In this document: positions 7,917 to 16,074 of the stretch, piece after piece
Layout of the letters: each line of letters begins with the position of its first letter
Numbering within the stretch: position 1 is the first letter of the stretch
Assembly: GCA_963704755.1 (NCBI GenBank)
Contig: OY969938.1
Location: 2,520,001 to 2,552,000, forward strand
Length of the DNA stretch: 32,000 nt
DNA from: an uncultured Chloroflexia bacterium
Lineage (GTDB): Bacteria; Chloroflexota; Anaerolineae; Anaerolineales; Anaerolineaceae
Direction: 5' to 3'
The notes under the pieces: generated by a model
Told to the model about the DNA's origin: nothing
The model's database searches: none
What the model saw: only the letters and a program-made list of their open reading frames with translations
Made by a program: the position numbers and the translations under genes

Positions 7917-9362
7917 TTATCGTGGATCATTAACCCTTAGATTTTCAATAAAGTGTAAGGTGTTTCCGCCTATGATGTTGAATTCAACATATTGCCCAAC
8001 CAAATTTCTACAACGGTTCCCTAAATAGCGCTTTGTCACTTCAGGCTGAACGCTGAAAACGGGTGATGTAATTTCTAGCAAGTAATTTCCATCGGATAAT
8101 TTCTCACCTTTGTTAGTAAATCCATTTGATGTAAATGCCCCATCACTTATATGCACGCTATCTTGTGCAAAATATCCTGTTTCTAGATTTCTTAAAGAAA
8201 GCATTAGTAATGTTTCGGGTGGCATATTACCCACCCCCCGGATGATCAACATATCGTCGTCGAAATAGTGTGCGATGTTCATCGTCGCATTTATTTCCCG
8301 CCCCTCTTCGGGCAACATCATTTCCATATCAGGCGGTAATGGCAATATTTCACCCATTCTGACAGGATTACCGTCATAATACCATCTACCATTTTTTTCC
8401 GTAAAACCTATACCTATTAAGTGTTCTAACCCCATAACGCATAATTGTTCATCAGAAAAATTGGAATACCTAGAGGCTTGGATAATTGTATATCCACGAT
8501 AAACCTCAAGCAATGGAATATTGAAGTACTCAGATACCCGAATAAAAACTAATGCTTCTGCAATATTGGCCTCAAATTCCCCTTCATAATCATCCCAAAT
8601 ACTTTCTGCATAATCATAGATGACTTGAGGGGTTATTCCTTCAATTGAAAAGCTGTGCCGTGGTTCAACAAAATAAAAATCCCCAAGTAGAGCAGAAAGC
8701 TCCCAAGTAAGTTGTCTCCCGTTTGATTTTTCCTGAACATAATACCTAACCATCTTAAAAACATCCTCAATCTTTACACCTTCAGAAGGCAAAAACCTTA
8801 TCAATGCCTCGGCGAAAAAACTGTTTTCTCCTATGCCATCCGTGGCTGTTGATCCAGGGCTCGTTGAATAGGAAATAAACGTTCCCCTTGGGACACTTAC
8901 CGGTAATAAACCCGTTGTAATAATACCTCGGGTGACTCCCAAAGATATGTTAGTTCTACATGCATCGAGGATAACAATATTAGTCTTATCTCCATAGTTT
9001 GCCATCCAATTTAATATACCAGATAACCCAACAGACTCTAATATAATTCTCTCCTGATTGGTATTACTTGCATCAATGGGGATCAAGTAATTCTGGCCAT
9101 GAAATTCAACGCCATGCCCTGCAAAATAGAATAAGCCGACATCAAAACCATTTAATTCTTGACCAAAATCGTATACACATTGTGACAAATCTGCATAGTT
9201 CAAATTGGGAAAAGGCCTGACCATGAAACCAATATTTTCAAGAACAGTAGAAATACCAAGTACATCATTGGCCGGGTTTTGTAATTGCCCCCAATTTTGA
9301 TAATTGTTGTTTCCAACTAGATATGCTAATCTTGTCACTCTTTGCCATCCTTGATTGAGCAT
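7917..9362 (-). CDS. Caspase-like (peptidase C14 / orthocaspase) protease with a C-terminal domain of about 240 aa of unknown function
   Basis: The catalytic His-Cys dyad is in canonical context: LFYFAGHGVEF and TNIVILDACRTN. The N-terminus AYLVGNNNY...L.NP.NDV is typical of C14 domains. Residues from about 240 to 481 have no motif I recognise. Confidence 0.85.
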   Translation of the reverse strand: MLNQGWQRVTRLAYLVGNNNYQNWGQLQNPANDVLGISTVLENIGFMVRPFPNLNYADLSQCVYDFGQELNGFDVGLFYFAGHGVEFHGQNYLIPIDASNTNQERIILESVGLSGILNWMANYGDKTNIVILDACRTNISLGVTRGIITTGLLPVSVPRGTFISYSTSPGSTATDGIGENSFFAEALIRFLPSEGVKIEDVFKMVRYYVQEKSNGRQLTWELSALLGDFYFVEPRHSFSIEGITPQVIYDYAESIWDDYEGEFEANIAEALVFIRVSEYFNIPLLEVYRGYTIIQASRYSNFSDEQLCVMGLEHLIGIGFTEKNGRWYYDGNPVRMGEILPLPPDMEMMLPEEGREINATMNIAHYFDDDMLIIRGVGNMPPETLLMLSLRNLETGYFAQDSVHISDGAFTSNGFTNKGEKLSDGNYLLEITSPVFSVQPEVTKRYLGNRCRNLVGQYVEFNIIGGNTLHFIENLRVNDPR

Positions 9363-9734
9363 GAATAATTCAAATTACCTCGGTAGCTTGCTTATCAGAA
9401 TAAATATGCATTAAGAAATCTTCACCTAAACCGTGTAATAGGCAACCATCCAAATTTAACAAGATTTTCATAAATTTGATAGGGGCTAATCAATTCTTGT
9501 CGTTCTTCTTTTGAATAACAATTCGGATTGTTCATTGTATTACTCTAGAATGCTGTATCTGCTATGTGCTTCATTCCCCCTGCCTGTGAAGACTTGGAAA
9601 TTTTTTGACTATTCCACAAAAAGTTATGAATCTCCAATATCTATTTTACAGGAAAAAGAATATTTGCACATAGAAAAGCATACATTGGAGTTTTGTTCAA
9701 ACCATCGTTAGTGGTTGATCGAATACAAGACATA

Positions 9735-9838
9735 GGAGGATTGACATACTACCATACAAAGACGCCTACCTGCACCAGCAAGTAGGCACAGTGATTCAAC
9801 TGCAAAAGCAGGGCAAAATCTTCATTGGCGCCTACCAA
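9735..9838 (+). pseudogene. Relic of the 5' end (RBS plus first ~31 codons) of a diverged homologue of gene X (11575..12627); start codon destroyed
   Basis: By hand alignment, 104 nt align to 11565-11668 with 14 mismatches. GGAGGATT..ACATACTACCATACAAAGACGCCTACCTG matches GGAGGATT..ACATGCAACCATACGAAGACGCCTACCTG, so ATG has become ATA. Confidence 0.8.
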
Positions 9839-9842
9839 AAGG

Positions 9843-9998
9843 ATTGCTTTCAACGTCCGCTTTGTGAGGGATGTGTTGGAAGCGGTGAAGTCCAGGGAAG
9901 TGACCTTCGAGGCCAATGCGGATAACACGCCGGCGGTGATTAAGCCGCTCGGCAGAGAGGAGTATTTGTATGTCGTAATGCCGATGCATCAAGGATGA
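9843..9998 (+). pseudogene. Relic of the 3' end (last 51 codons plus stop) of a diverged dnaN homologue
   Basis: By hand alignment, 156 nt align to 5081-5236 with 12 mismatches. Ten are synonymous third-position changes in the dnaN frame and two are non-synonymous (G->R, K->Q). The fragment has no 5' part and is out of frame with the preceding X fragment. Confidence 0.85.
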
Positions 9999-10003
9999 AA
10001 AAT

Positions 10004-10026
10004 GGGAGCCCTAATATGGGGCTCCC
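10004..10026 (+). terminator. Hairpin immediately after the dnaN relic
   Basis: GGGAGCCC-TAATAT-GGGGCTCCC, a perfect 8-bp GC-rich stem 6 nt after the relic stop codon. No strong T-tract. Probably the terminator of the donor dnaN. Confidence 0.45.
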
Positions 10027-10238
10027 AAGTCAGACCGGGTTCTCTTGTCTGCCACCCGTCGTTCGTTGTTATGCAGTAGGCATGATAGGCCTGCTGTCAA
10101 AAGAAGGTAAAACTTTGAGAGCAGGATTCTCTGCAAATGTAGAAAAGCTTGTAAACTGAGCAAAATCTAGGAAGTCAGGTTTCTTGTACTGCTGTTTGTT
10201 TACGTTTTTCCTAATTCTTGTAATTGTGCTGTAAGTTC

Positions 10239-11204
10239 TTAAATCTCTTTGCTTAAAGTATCTTTCTGAATTGCTACCTTTTCCATCTCTTGGCTTATTG
10301 TAGAAATAAACGTACTGTACGAATCTAAACTGTTATAAGCAAGGGTATATTGTTGAACAAGGCTTGCTAGATGTTTCCTAGCTTCGTCCGCCTTTCTTGC
10401 GTGCTTGGATTCTTCGTACCTATCACGGTTTTCTCGCCACTCATATTCCTGTCGACGCAGATAATCTGTTACATCGTCATATTCTTGCCAGGTATGCACG
10501 AAAGTGATGAGGTTTATTTCATCCCCCAAAATATTACGGATACTTTGCTCTTCATCTGATGGACAACAAATGACCCTTATGTCTTTATGACTGAAAATCA
10601 ATCCATCTGGATTTGTATATCGCCATTCTCGCTCCCACATGAAACCCTGCGAGGGGTGATTTTCTAGCAAAGGATAAAGAAGGGGATATATGGCAACAAG
10701 AGTATTAACTACTTTTGAATTAATATCCTCTTCGGGGGAAATAATAAGGCCATCATTATTTACTCGATGGATAAGATAATGGATGCTTTTTAATATATCG
10801 TCTTGCACATAAACTACTGGACGCGTTCCTATAGCAACCATTGCGCTTTTATCAAATCCTATTCCAAAACTTTGATTTGCTTTCCACCGTTCAATATTTC
10901 GATAACGAAAGAAATCCAGTGCAAAGGTTGGAGACTCGCTGAAGCAAACCACTTTTGCGTCAAATGTTCCACTCGAGTTGTACTCAGGGATGTTTGCCTG
11001 TAAATAACCATATCCTTCGGGAATTTCTGTAGTTGTACCTTTTCCTTGTAAAATGCTCCTTATTGCATTTTCGCCCGTCATATGAATAAGAAATGGAGAC
11101 ATATCAGGCTTTTCGATTGGTGTAAGTTGAAATGTAGGAGTATCAATTTTGTAATTTTTACTCCATTCAGACCAGCTAATTTGCCTTGATGTCGGTAATG
11201 GCAT
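10239..11204 (-). CDS. Abi-like (abortive-infection family-like) protein with C-terminal coiled-coil
   Basis: Motif series FLIHMTG ... VVCFSESP ... FGIGFDK ... RPVVYV ... GFMWEREWRY. From memory this resembles AbiGi-type and related Abi families. The C-terminal ~80 aa are charged and heptad-like. ATG 11204 (MPLPTS) is preferred; the ORF track starts at a TTG at 11240. Confidence 0.6.
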   Translation of the reverse strand: MPLPTSRQISWSEWSKNYKIDTPTFQLTPIEKPDMSPFLIHMTGENAIRSILQGKGTTTEIPEGYGYLQANIPEYNSSGTFDAKVVCFSESPTFALDFFRYRNIERWKANQSFGIGFDKSAMVAIGTRPVVYVQDDILKSIHYLIHRVNNDGLIISPEEDINSKVVNTLVAIYPLLYPLLENHPSQGFMWEREWRYTNPDGLIFSHKDIRVICCPSDEEQSIRNILGDEINLITFVHTWQEYDDVTDYLRRQEYEWRENRDRYEESKHARKADEARKHLASLVQQYTLAYNSLDSYSTFISTISQEMEKVAIQKDTLSKEI

Positions 11205-11574
11205 ATTTTTCCCTTTGTTATCGGTGAAGCAACCTTGCAATTAATTATACCGACTTCTGCTACTAGTTTGTCAGCCATGCTTTGATAAGTGAAAATCGCG
11301 CTTTTACTCCTGAAAACCGGGAATACTACTTATTAAAGCATGATTGACAGTCTACTACATAGCAGCCAAACAATATTTAAGGGCTGCTTGTGCAATAACC
11401 GGAATTCTAGCTGGGTATGTTCTAAAAAGCGTACCTAAACAGGCGGATTTCTATTCCTTGTTTTTTGGAAACCTGATTGAAAGAAACGGAGATACTATCC
11501 GATTCTACGAAACCTGGGTTAGCTTATGAACCTTGGAAAAATTTCAACGTAGTAAGTATCTATGGAGGATTCAC

Positions 11575-12627
11575 ATGCAACCATACGAAGACGCCTACCT
11601 GCGCCAGCGGGTAGGCGCCGTAATTCAACTGCAAAAGCAGGGTAAGATCGTCATTGCCGCCTACCAAGACGGCACCGGCCTGCCTACCCGGCAGGACTTG
11701 CCCAACCTCAGACCATCCGCCCACCCGCACGACTACGCGGTAGGCGATGCCGGCTACCTGGACTACGATGGCCAGGTCGGCGCGTTCATCTTCACCCCCA
11801 GGCCCGGCGCAGACTTACCCAAGGCGCTGGCTCATTACCAGGAGCTTTCCCTGGCAGAAGCGGTCGTGAACGTGGCGGCCCGGCAGGCGACCATTCAGGT
11901 GAACGACACGGAAATTACCTTCTCCGGCGTCCCGGCCTGGGAGCCGGGTCATACCCTGCTCAAGGAGCTCAACGAAGAACTGGCCCGGACCAACTCAGGA
12001 GTGATCGTCTGGAAGCTCACCTGGGACGAAAAAGGTATGGACTGGCAAGAGCGGCTCTTTCAAGGAGCGGCGCCCAGGCTGCGTAACGGTCAGGCGCTGG
12101 TCCACCTGAGCGGCTACGCCTATGATGAGGATCACGCCCTGGTGTATACCGGCGCGGTGGGGTACAAGACCAGCCTGGAGAGCATCCGGGCCACGCTCCT
12201 GACTGCCAAGCCGCTCACCCTGGCGCACGACGGCCAAGATGTTTTCCTGTCTGTGCTGGACCGCTACGAACAGGCCTGGCAGGCGCTGCCGGAATACACC
12301 AGTCACCACGCGGCTTTCATTGCACGCCAGGCACTGCCCGGCAAGTGGGATCCGCAGGATCCATTCGCTTACCTGCTGGTCTTTCGTTCCGCTGCCGGCG
12401 CGGAGGGGGAAATGCTGCGCCTGTTCGCCGAGCGGCTGAAAGAGACCCTGGAAATCCCGGTCCTGGACCGTTGGGCGCCGGAACTGTGGAATGCGGCCAG
12501 AGAACAAAGCGCCATCCACAACCTGGTGACCGCCGGCGACTGCCTGGCCGGCTGCCGCATCAGCCTGCAAGCCGACTGGCTAGGCCTGATCACCGAGCTA
12601 CTAAAACAGGAAGCGATTACGCTGTAA
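11575..12627 (+). CDS. Hypothetical protein X (350 aa), right flank of the cargo hotspot
   Basis: ATG 11575 is preceded by GGAGG. G+C content jumps sharply at this point. No motif recognised. The track start at 11533 is a TTG lying in AT-rich DNA. Confidence 0.75.
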   Translation: MQPYEDAYLRQRVGAVIQLQKQGKIVIAAYQDGTGLPTRQDLPNLRPSAHPHDYAVGDAGYLDYDGQVGAFIFTPRPGADLPKALAHYQELSLAEAVVNVAARQATIQVNDTEITFSGVPAWEPGHTLLKELNEELARTNSGVIVWKLTWDEKGMDWQERLFQGAAPRLRNGQALVHLSGYAYDEDHALVYTGAVGYKTSLESIRATLLTAKPLTLAHDGQDVFLSVLDRYEQAWQALPEYTSHHAAFIARQALPGKWDPQDPFAYLLVFRSAAGAEGEMLRLFAERLKETLEIPVLDRWAPELWNAAREQSAIHNLVTAGDCLAGCRISLQADWLGLITELLKQEAITL

Positions 12628-12679
12628 GCCAAATCAACTGAAGGCCGTCGCATGAAAACGGCGGCAAATCCACCATCCC

Positions 12680-12737
12680 GGAGGGGACGTACCTGGCTTC
12701 CCTCGCGGGGAGGTAGTGCGTCTCCTCCGCATTTTTT
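12680..12737 (+). terminator. Long hairpin plus T-tract between gene X and the MTase-helicase gene
   Basis: GGAGGGGACG (12680-12689) pairs with CGTCTCCTCC (12720-12729) and is followed by GCATTTTTT. It lies inside the unlikely N-terminal extension of ORF 12652. Confidence 0.5.
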
Positions 12738-12753
12738 ACAAGGAGACGCACAC

Positions 12754-15700
12754 ATGAGACCCCCTGCCATCGAAAAGATGGGGTACTACCCTACCCCGAA
12801 TACCGTTCTAGAACTGCTCAAAACCTGCGTGGCCCCCGGCGAAGTCCGCGGCCGGCTGCTCGACCCGTGCGCCGGGGAGGGCAAAGCCGCCGGTATACTG
12901 GGCCGGGCGTTCAACTGCCTGACCTGGGGCGCAGAACTCTCCCCAGGCCGGGCCGAGAAGGCCTCCCAGGTGATGGACCGCGTGTACAACACGGCCTGGC
13001 AAGCCTGTGGGCTGAACGACGAGACCATCACGGTCCTGTTCTTGAACCCGCCCTATGAGACCGATCGTTTCGACAGCCACAAGCGGCTGGAGTACGATTT
13101 CCTCAAATCCACCACGACCAAGTTGGTCCGCGGCGGGCTGCTGATCTACATCATTCCCCAGAAAGTACTGGGACTGGTGGAAGTGGCCCGCCTGCTCACC
13201 AACCACTACGAATGCTTGCAGGCTGCCCGCTTCCCGGATGGGGAATACGAGGCTTTCAAGCAGGTGGTGGTGCTGGCATACCGGCGTAAGGTGTACCGCA
13301 TTGCCAGCGATGAGGAAATCCTGGCGATCCAATCCCTGGCTACCCAGGACCTCCCGGTTCTGCAAGCACAACCGGAGCCGCTTTATCACCTGTCGGCCGC
13401 GCCCGAACGTGGTTCGAATGGCAAGCCGGCCTTGTTCAAGCGCAACGATTGGGAGCCGGAAGAAGTCGTCGAAGCAACCCGGGGATGCGGCGTCCAGCAG
13501 ACGAAAGAATGGCTGGACCTGCTCAACCCGGGCCGGGGGACGGCCGAACTGACCCGGCCGGTCATGCCGCTCAAACGTGGCCACATCGCCATGCTGATAG
13601 CCTCCGGCATGATGGGAACGGTGAAACTGGCCGACGAAAAAGGCCGCCCTATGTTGATCAAGGGCCGGGTGGTCAAGGTGGTCGAGAAAGTAGGCGAACA
13701 CGACGACGGCGAGACGGTCACCGAGACCTACCGGGACCGCTTCGTCACTACTGTGGCCGTGTTGAAGAAAAGCGGCATCGAGACCATCCAGGATGTCAAA
13801 GGGCTGGCAGAATTCATGCGCGCGAACGGTGACAAGATCGCCGCCCACGTGCTGGAGGCTTACCGGCCGCTGTACAACCTGGATCCGACGTCCGCCGAGA
13901 TGGCCATCCTGGACCACCTGGGCAATGGCCGTAAAGCCTTGCCGGGGCAGTCCGAACCGGGTTTGCTGCCCGCCCAACGGCACGCCGCCGCTGCGGTAGC
14001 GCGCTGCATCCGGCGCAACCGGGTGGCCAATATCCAGGCGGAAATGGGTGTTGGCAAGACGACCATCGCCTGTGGAACGATCGAACTGCTAAACGCCTAC
14101 CCGGCGCTGGTGCTTTGCCCGCCGCACCTGGTCCCCAAGTGGATCCGCGAACTGGAAGAGGTGATCCCCGGAGTGCAGGCGCGCGAGCTGCGCCGCATCG
14201 GCAAGACCGGGGATGCGACGACGGACGTGAACGACGTCGACCGGTTCCTGGCAGACTGGCATAGCGGCCGGCTGGGGTCGAAAGCGGTGGCCGTCATGGC
14301 CAACACCTCGGCTAAAATCGGCTCAGGTTGGGAGCCGGCCGTCGTGACGCGCAAGGTGCGGGACGTACTGACCGGCCAGATCGTCAGCGCCTGCACCTGC
14401 CCGGCCTGCGGTGCGGTGATCTACGATGACGAAGGTTTGCCGTTGACCGGCCCAGCCGAACTGGCCACCAAACGCCGCTTCTGCCGTGCGCGGGTGCCCG
14501 GCTGGGAGCTGGATGCCGTTGGCAGCCTGCAGAGGGACGACCAGGGCAACCCCACCTGGGGCCGGCGACCTTGCAATACGCCTTTGTTCCGCTTCGGCGG
14601 AGCCCGGCGCTGGTCGCTGGCCGAATACATCGCCAAGCACGCGAAAGGCGCGTTCAAGCTGCTGGTTGCCGACGAGTGCCACGAGTTCAAGGGCAAATCC
14701 TCGGACCGTGGCATTGCCTTTCACCAACTGGTCACTTCCTGCCGGGCGACTCTGACCTTAACCGGGACCTTCTTCGGCGGACGGTCTACGTCGATCTTCT
14801 GGTTACTGCATCGCCTGAACTACGGCGTCCGGCGCGATTTCGCCTACCACGACGAGAAGCGTTGGGCACGGCTGTACGGCGTGCTGGAAACACAGCGCAG
14901 CCGGCGCAGAAGTGACGAGGAGGACGAAGATGGCGTGTACACCGGCAACCGGCGTTACCGCAACCAGGCCAAAGAGCAGCCCGGCGTCAGCCCGGCCATC
15001 GTCAACCGTCTGCTGGATACCACCGTGTTTCTCAGCCTTAAAGACCTGGGCCTGGCGCTGCCGGACTACAAGGAGGAAGTCAGCGCCTTGACCATGCTAG
15101 AAGAGCAAGGGCAGCAGTACCGCCAGATGGATGGTTCACTCAAAGCCCTGGCACTGCAATCCAACCGCTACCTCTCGACCTGGCTGCAGTGGAGCCTGGC
15201 GCGGCCGAATTCCGCTTTCCGGGATGAAGCCGTGATCGTGGACGAACTGGACCGCAAAGGCAGGCTAGTCCGCACCGTTCCCTTGATGGAACTGCCGGCG
15301 ATCAACCCAGATAGTCACAAATGGCTGCCTAAGGAAAGCTGGCTGGCGAACTTCTGCCGGACCGAAAAGCTGCAAAACAGAAAGGTGCTGGTATACGTCC
15401 GCCAGACCGGTAAGCGCGATATCCAGGACCACCTGCTGGAAGCCCTGGAAGGAAATGGCCTGCGGGCAACCGTGCTCAGCGGAAACGTGGACCCGCGTAA
15501 GCGCGAGGAATGGATCGCCAAACGGGCCGGCCGGCTGGACGTGCTGATCTGCAACGCCGAGCTGGTCAAAACCGGTCTCGACCTGATCCAATTCTCCTCG
15601 GTGGTGTTCTATGAAATCACCTATTCCCTGTACACCTTATGGCAAGCTGTCCGCAGGGTGTGGCGGCTGGGCCAGATTCACCCGGTGCGGGCCGTGTTTT

Positions 15701-16068
15701 CGGTCTATGAAGGCACCATGGAAGCCCGCGCTCTATCGTTAATGGGGGCAAAAATGAAGGCTGCGCAGTTACTGTATGGAGATGAGGTCGGCGGAGCGAT
15801 CGTCCCGCAAGAAGACGGCGATCTGTTGACCGAGTTGGCCCGCGAGGTGCTCAACGGAGCAGACCTGCCCGACCTGCAAACCCTGTTCGCCGACGAGATG
15901 AAGGTCAGCAATAACCCACTGGGCAGCCTGACCACACCCAGTGCAACCATCCTGCCTTGCGAGAAGGTACTGACCTGGTCGGATTGGATGGCGGAGAGGG
16001 CTGTGGTGATGAGGAAGAAATCCAGGAAGGAGGTAGTTCCGGAGGGTCAGATGGGATTCGGTATATAA
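12754..16068 (+). CDS. N6-adenine DNA methyltransferase / SNF2-family helicase fusion with a Cys-rich insertion (DarB-like or conjugative-element anti-restriction-like architecture)
   Basis: MTase motif I LLDPCAGEGKA and motif IV FLNPPYE. Helicase Walker A AEMGVGKTT, motif II ADECHEFKG, motif VI QAVRRVWRLGQ. Cys cluster ACTCPACGAVIY...RRFCRA...RRPCNT lies between motifs I and II. ATG 12754 (MRPPAIEKMGYYPTP) follows AAGGAGA. Confidence 0.9.
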   Translation: MRPPAIEKMGYYPTPNTVLELLKTCVAPGEVRGRLLDPCAGEGKAAGILGRAFNCLTWGAELSPGRAEKASQVMDRVYNTAWQACGLNDETITVLFLNPPYETDRFDSHKRLEYDFLKSTTTKLVRGGLLIYIIPQKVLGLVEVARLLTNHYECLQAARFPDGEYEAFKQVVVLAYRRKVYRIASDEEILAIQSLATQDLPVLQAQPEPLYHLSAAPERGSNGKPALFKRNDWEPEEVVEATRGCGVQQTKEWLDLLNPGRGTAELTRPVMPLKRGHIAMLIASGMMGTVKLADEKGRPMLIKGRVVKVVEKVGEHDDGETVTETYRDRFVTTVAVLKKSGIETIQDVKGLAEFMRANGDKIAAHVLEAYRPLYNLDPTSAEMAILDHLGNGRKALPGQSEPGLLPAQRHAAAAVARCIRRNRVANIQAEMGVGKTTIACGTIELLNAYPALVLCPPHLVPKWIRELEEVIPGVQARELRRIGKTGDATTDVNDVDRFLADWHSGRLGSKAVAVMANTSAKIGSGWEPAVVTRKVRDVLTGQIVSACTCPACGAVIYDDEGLPLTGPAELATKRRFCRARVPGWELDAVGSLQRDDQGNPTWGRRPCNTPLFRFGGARRWSLAEYIAKHAKGAFKLLVADECHEFKGKSSDRGIAFHQLVTSCRATLTLTGTFFGGRSTSIFWLLHRLNYGVRRDFAYHDEKRWARLYGVLETQRSRRRSDEEDEDGVYTGNRRYRNQAKEQPGVSPAIVNRLLDTTVFLSLKDLGLALPDYKEEVSALTMLEEQGQQYRQMDGSLKALALQSNRYLSTWLQWSLARPNSAFRDEAVIVDELDRKGRLVRTVPLMELPAINPDSHKWLPKESWLANFCRTEKLQNRKVLVYVRQTGKRDIQDHLLEALEGNGLRATVLSGNVDPRKREEWIAKRAGRLDVLICNAELVKTGLDLIQFSSVVFYEITYSLYTLWQAVRRVWRLGQIHPVRAVFSVYEGTMEARALSLMGAKMKAAQLLYGDEVGGAIVPQEDGDLLTELAREVLNGADLPDLQTLFADEMKVSNNPLGSLTTPSATILPCEKVLTWSDWMAERAVVMRKKSRKEVVPEGQMGFGI

Positions 16069-16074
16069 TTAGCT

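Noticed and set aside
9422-9535. A 37-codon minus-strand ORF (MNNPNCYSKEERQELISPYQIYENLVKFGWLPITRFR) 59 nt upstream of the caspase-like gene, and a 16-codon ORF (MKYCVIFWILDSVHVP) in the 7687-7916 gap. Both were considered as alternative rSAM precursor peptides.
   Set aside because: Neither has a convincing RBS, and both are very short in AT-rich DNA where such ORFs occur by chance. They are worth a look only if homologous cassettes conserve them.
9511-9711. Small plus-strand ORFs in AT-rich intergenic DNA: 9511..9711, 11344..11529, 19837..20088, 20163..20378, 6076..6285, 6477..6734 and 6962..7312.
   Set aside because: They have non-ATG or RBS-less starts and low-complexity translations. They are either antisense to well-supported genes or isolated in spacer DNA, with no motif support.
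12652-12753. N-terminal 34-codon extension of the MTase-helicase ORF (MKTAANPPSRRGRTW...).
   Set aside because: The extension spans a terminator-like hairpin and T-tract and has no RBS. ATG 12754 has an AAGGAGA RBS and starts directly at the conserved MTase N-terminus.
12808-13983. Long antisense or alternative-frame ORFs inside GC-rich genes. Examples are 12808..13983 (-), 3860..4654 (-), 706..1266 (-), 1164..1844 (-), 11995..12570 (-), 28401..29180 (+) and 29403..29849 (+).
   Set aside because: These are typical stop-codon-poor shadow ORFs of high-GC DNA. Their translations are Arg/Gly/Pro-rich and low in complexity. Each overlaps a gene with clear family motifs on the other strand or frame.
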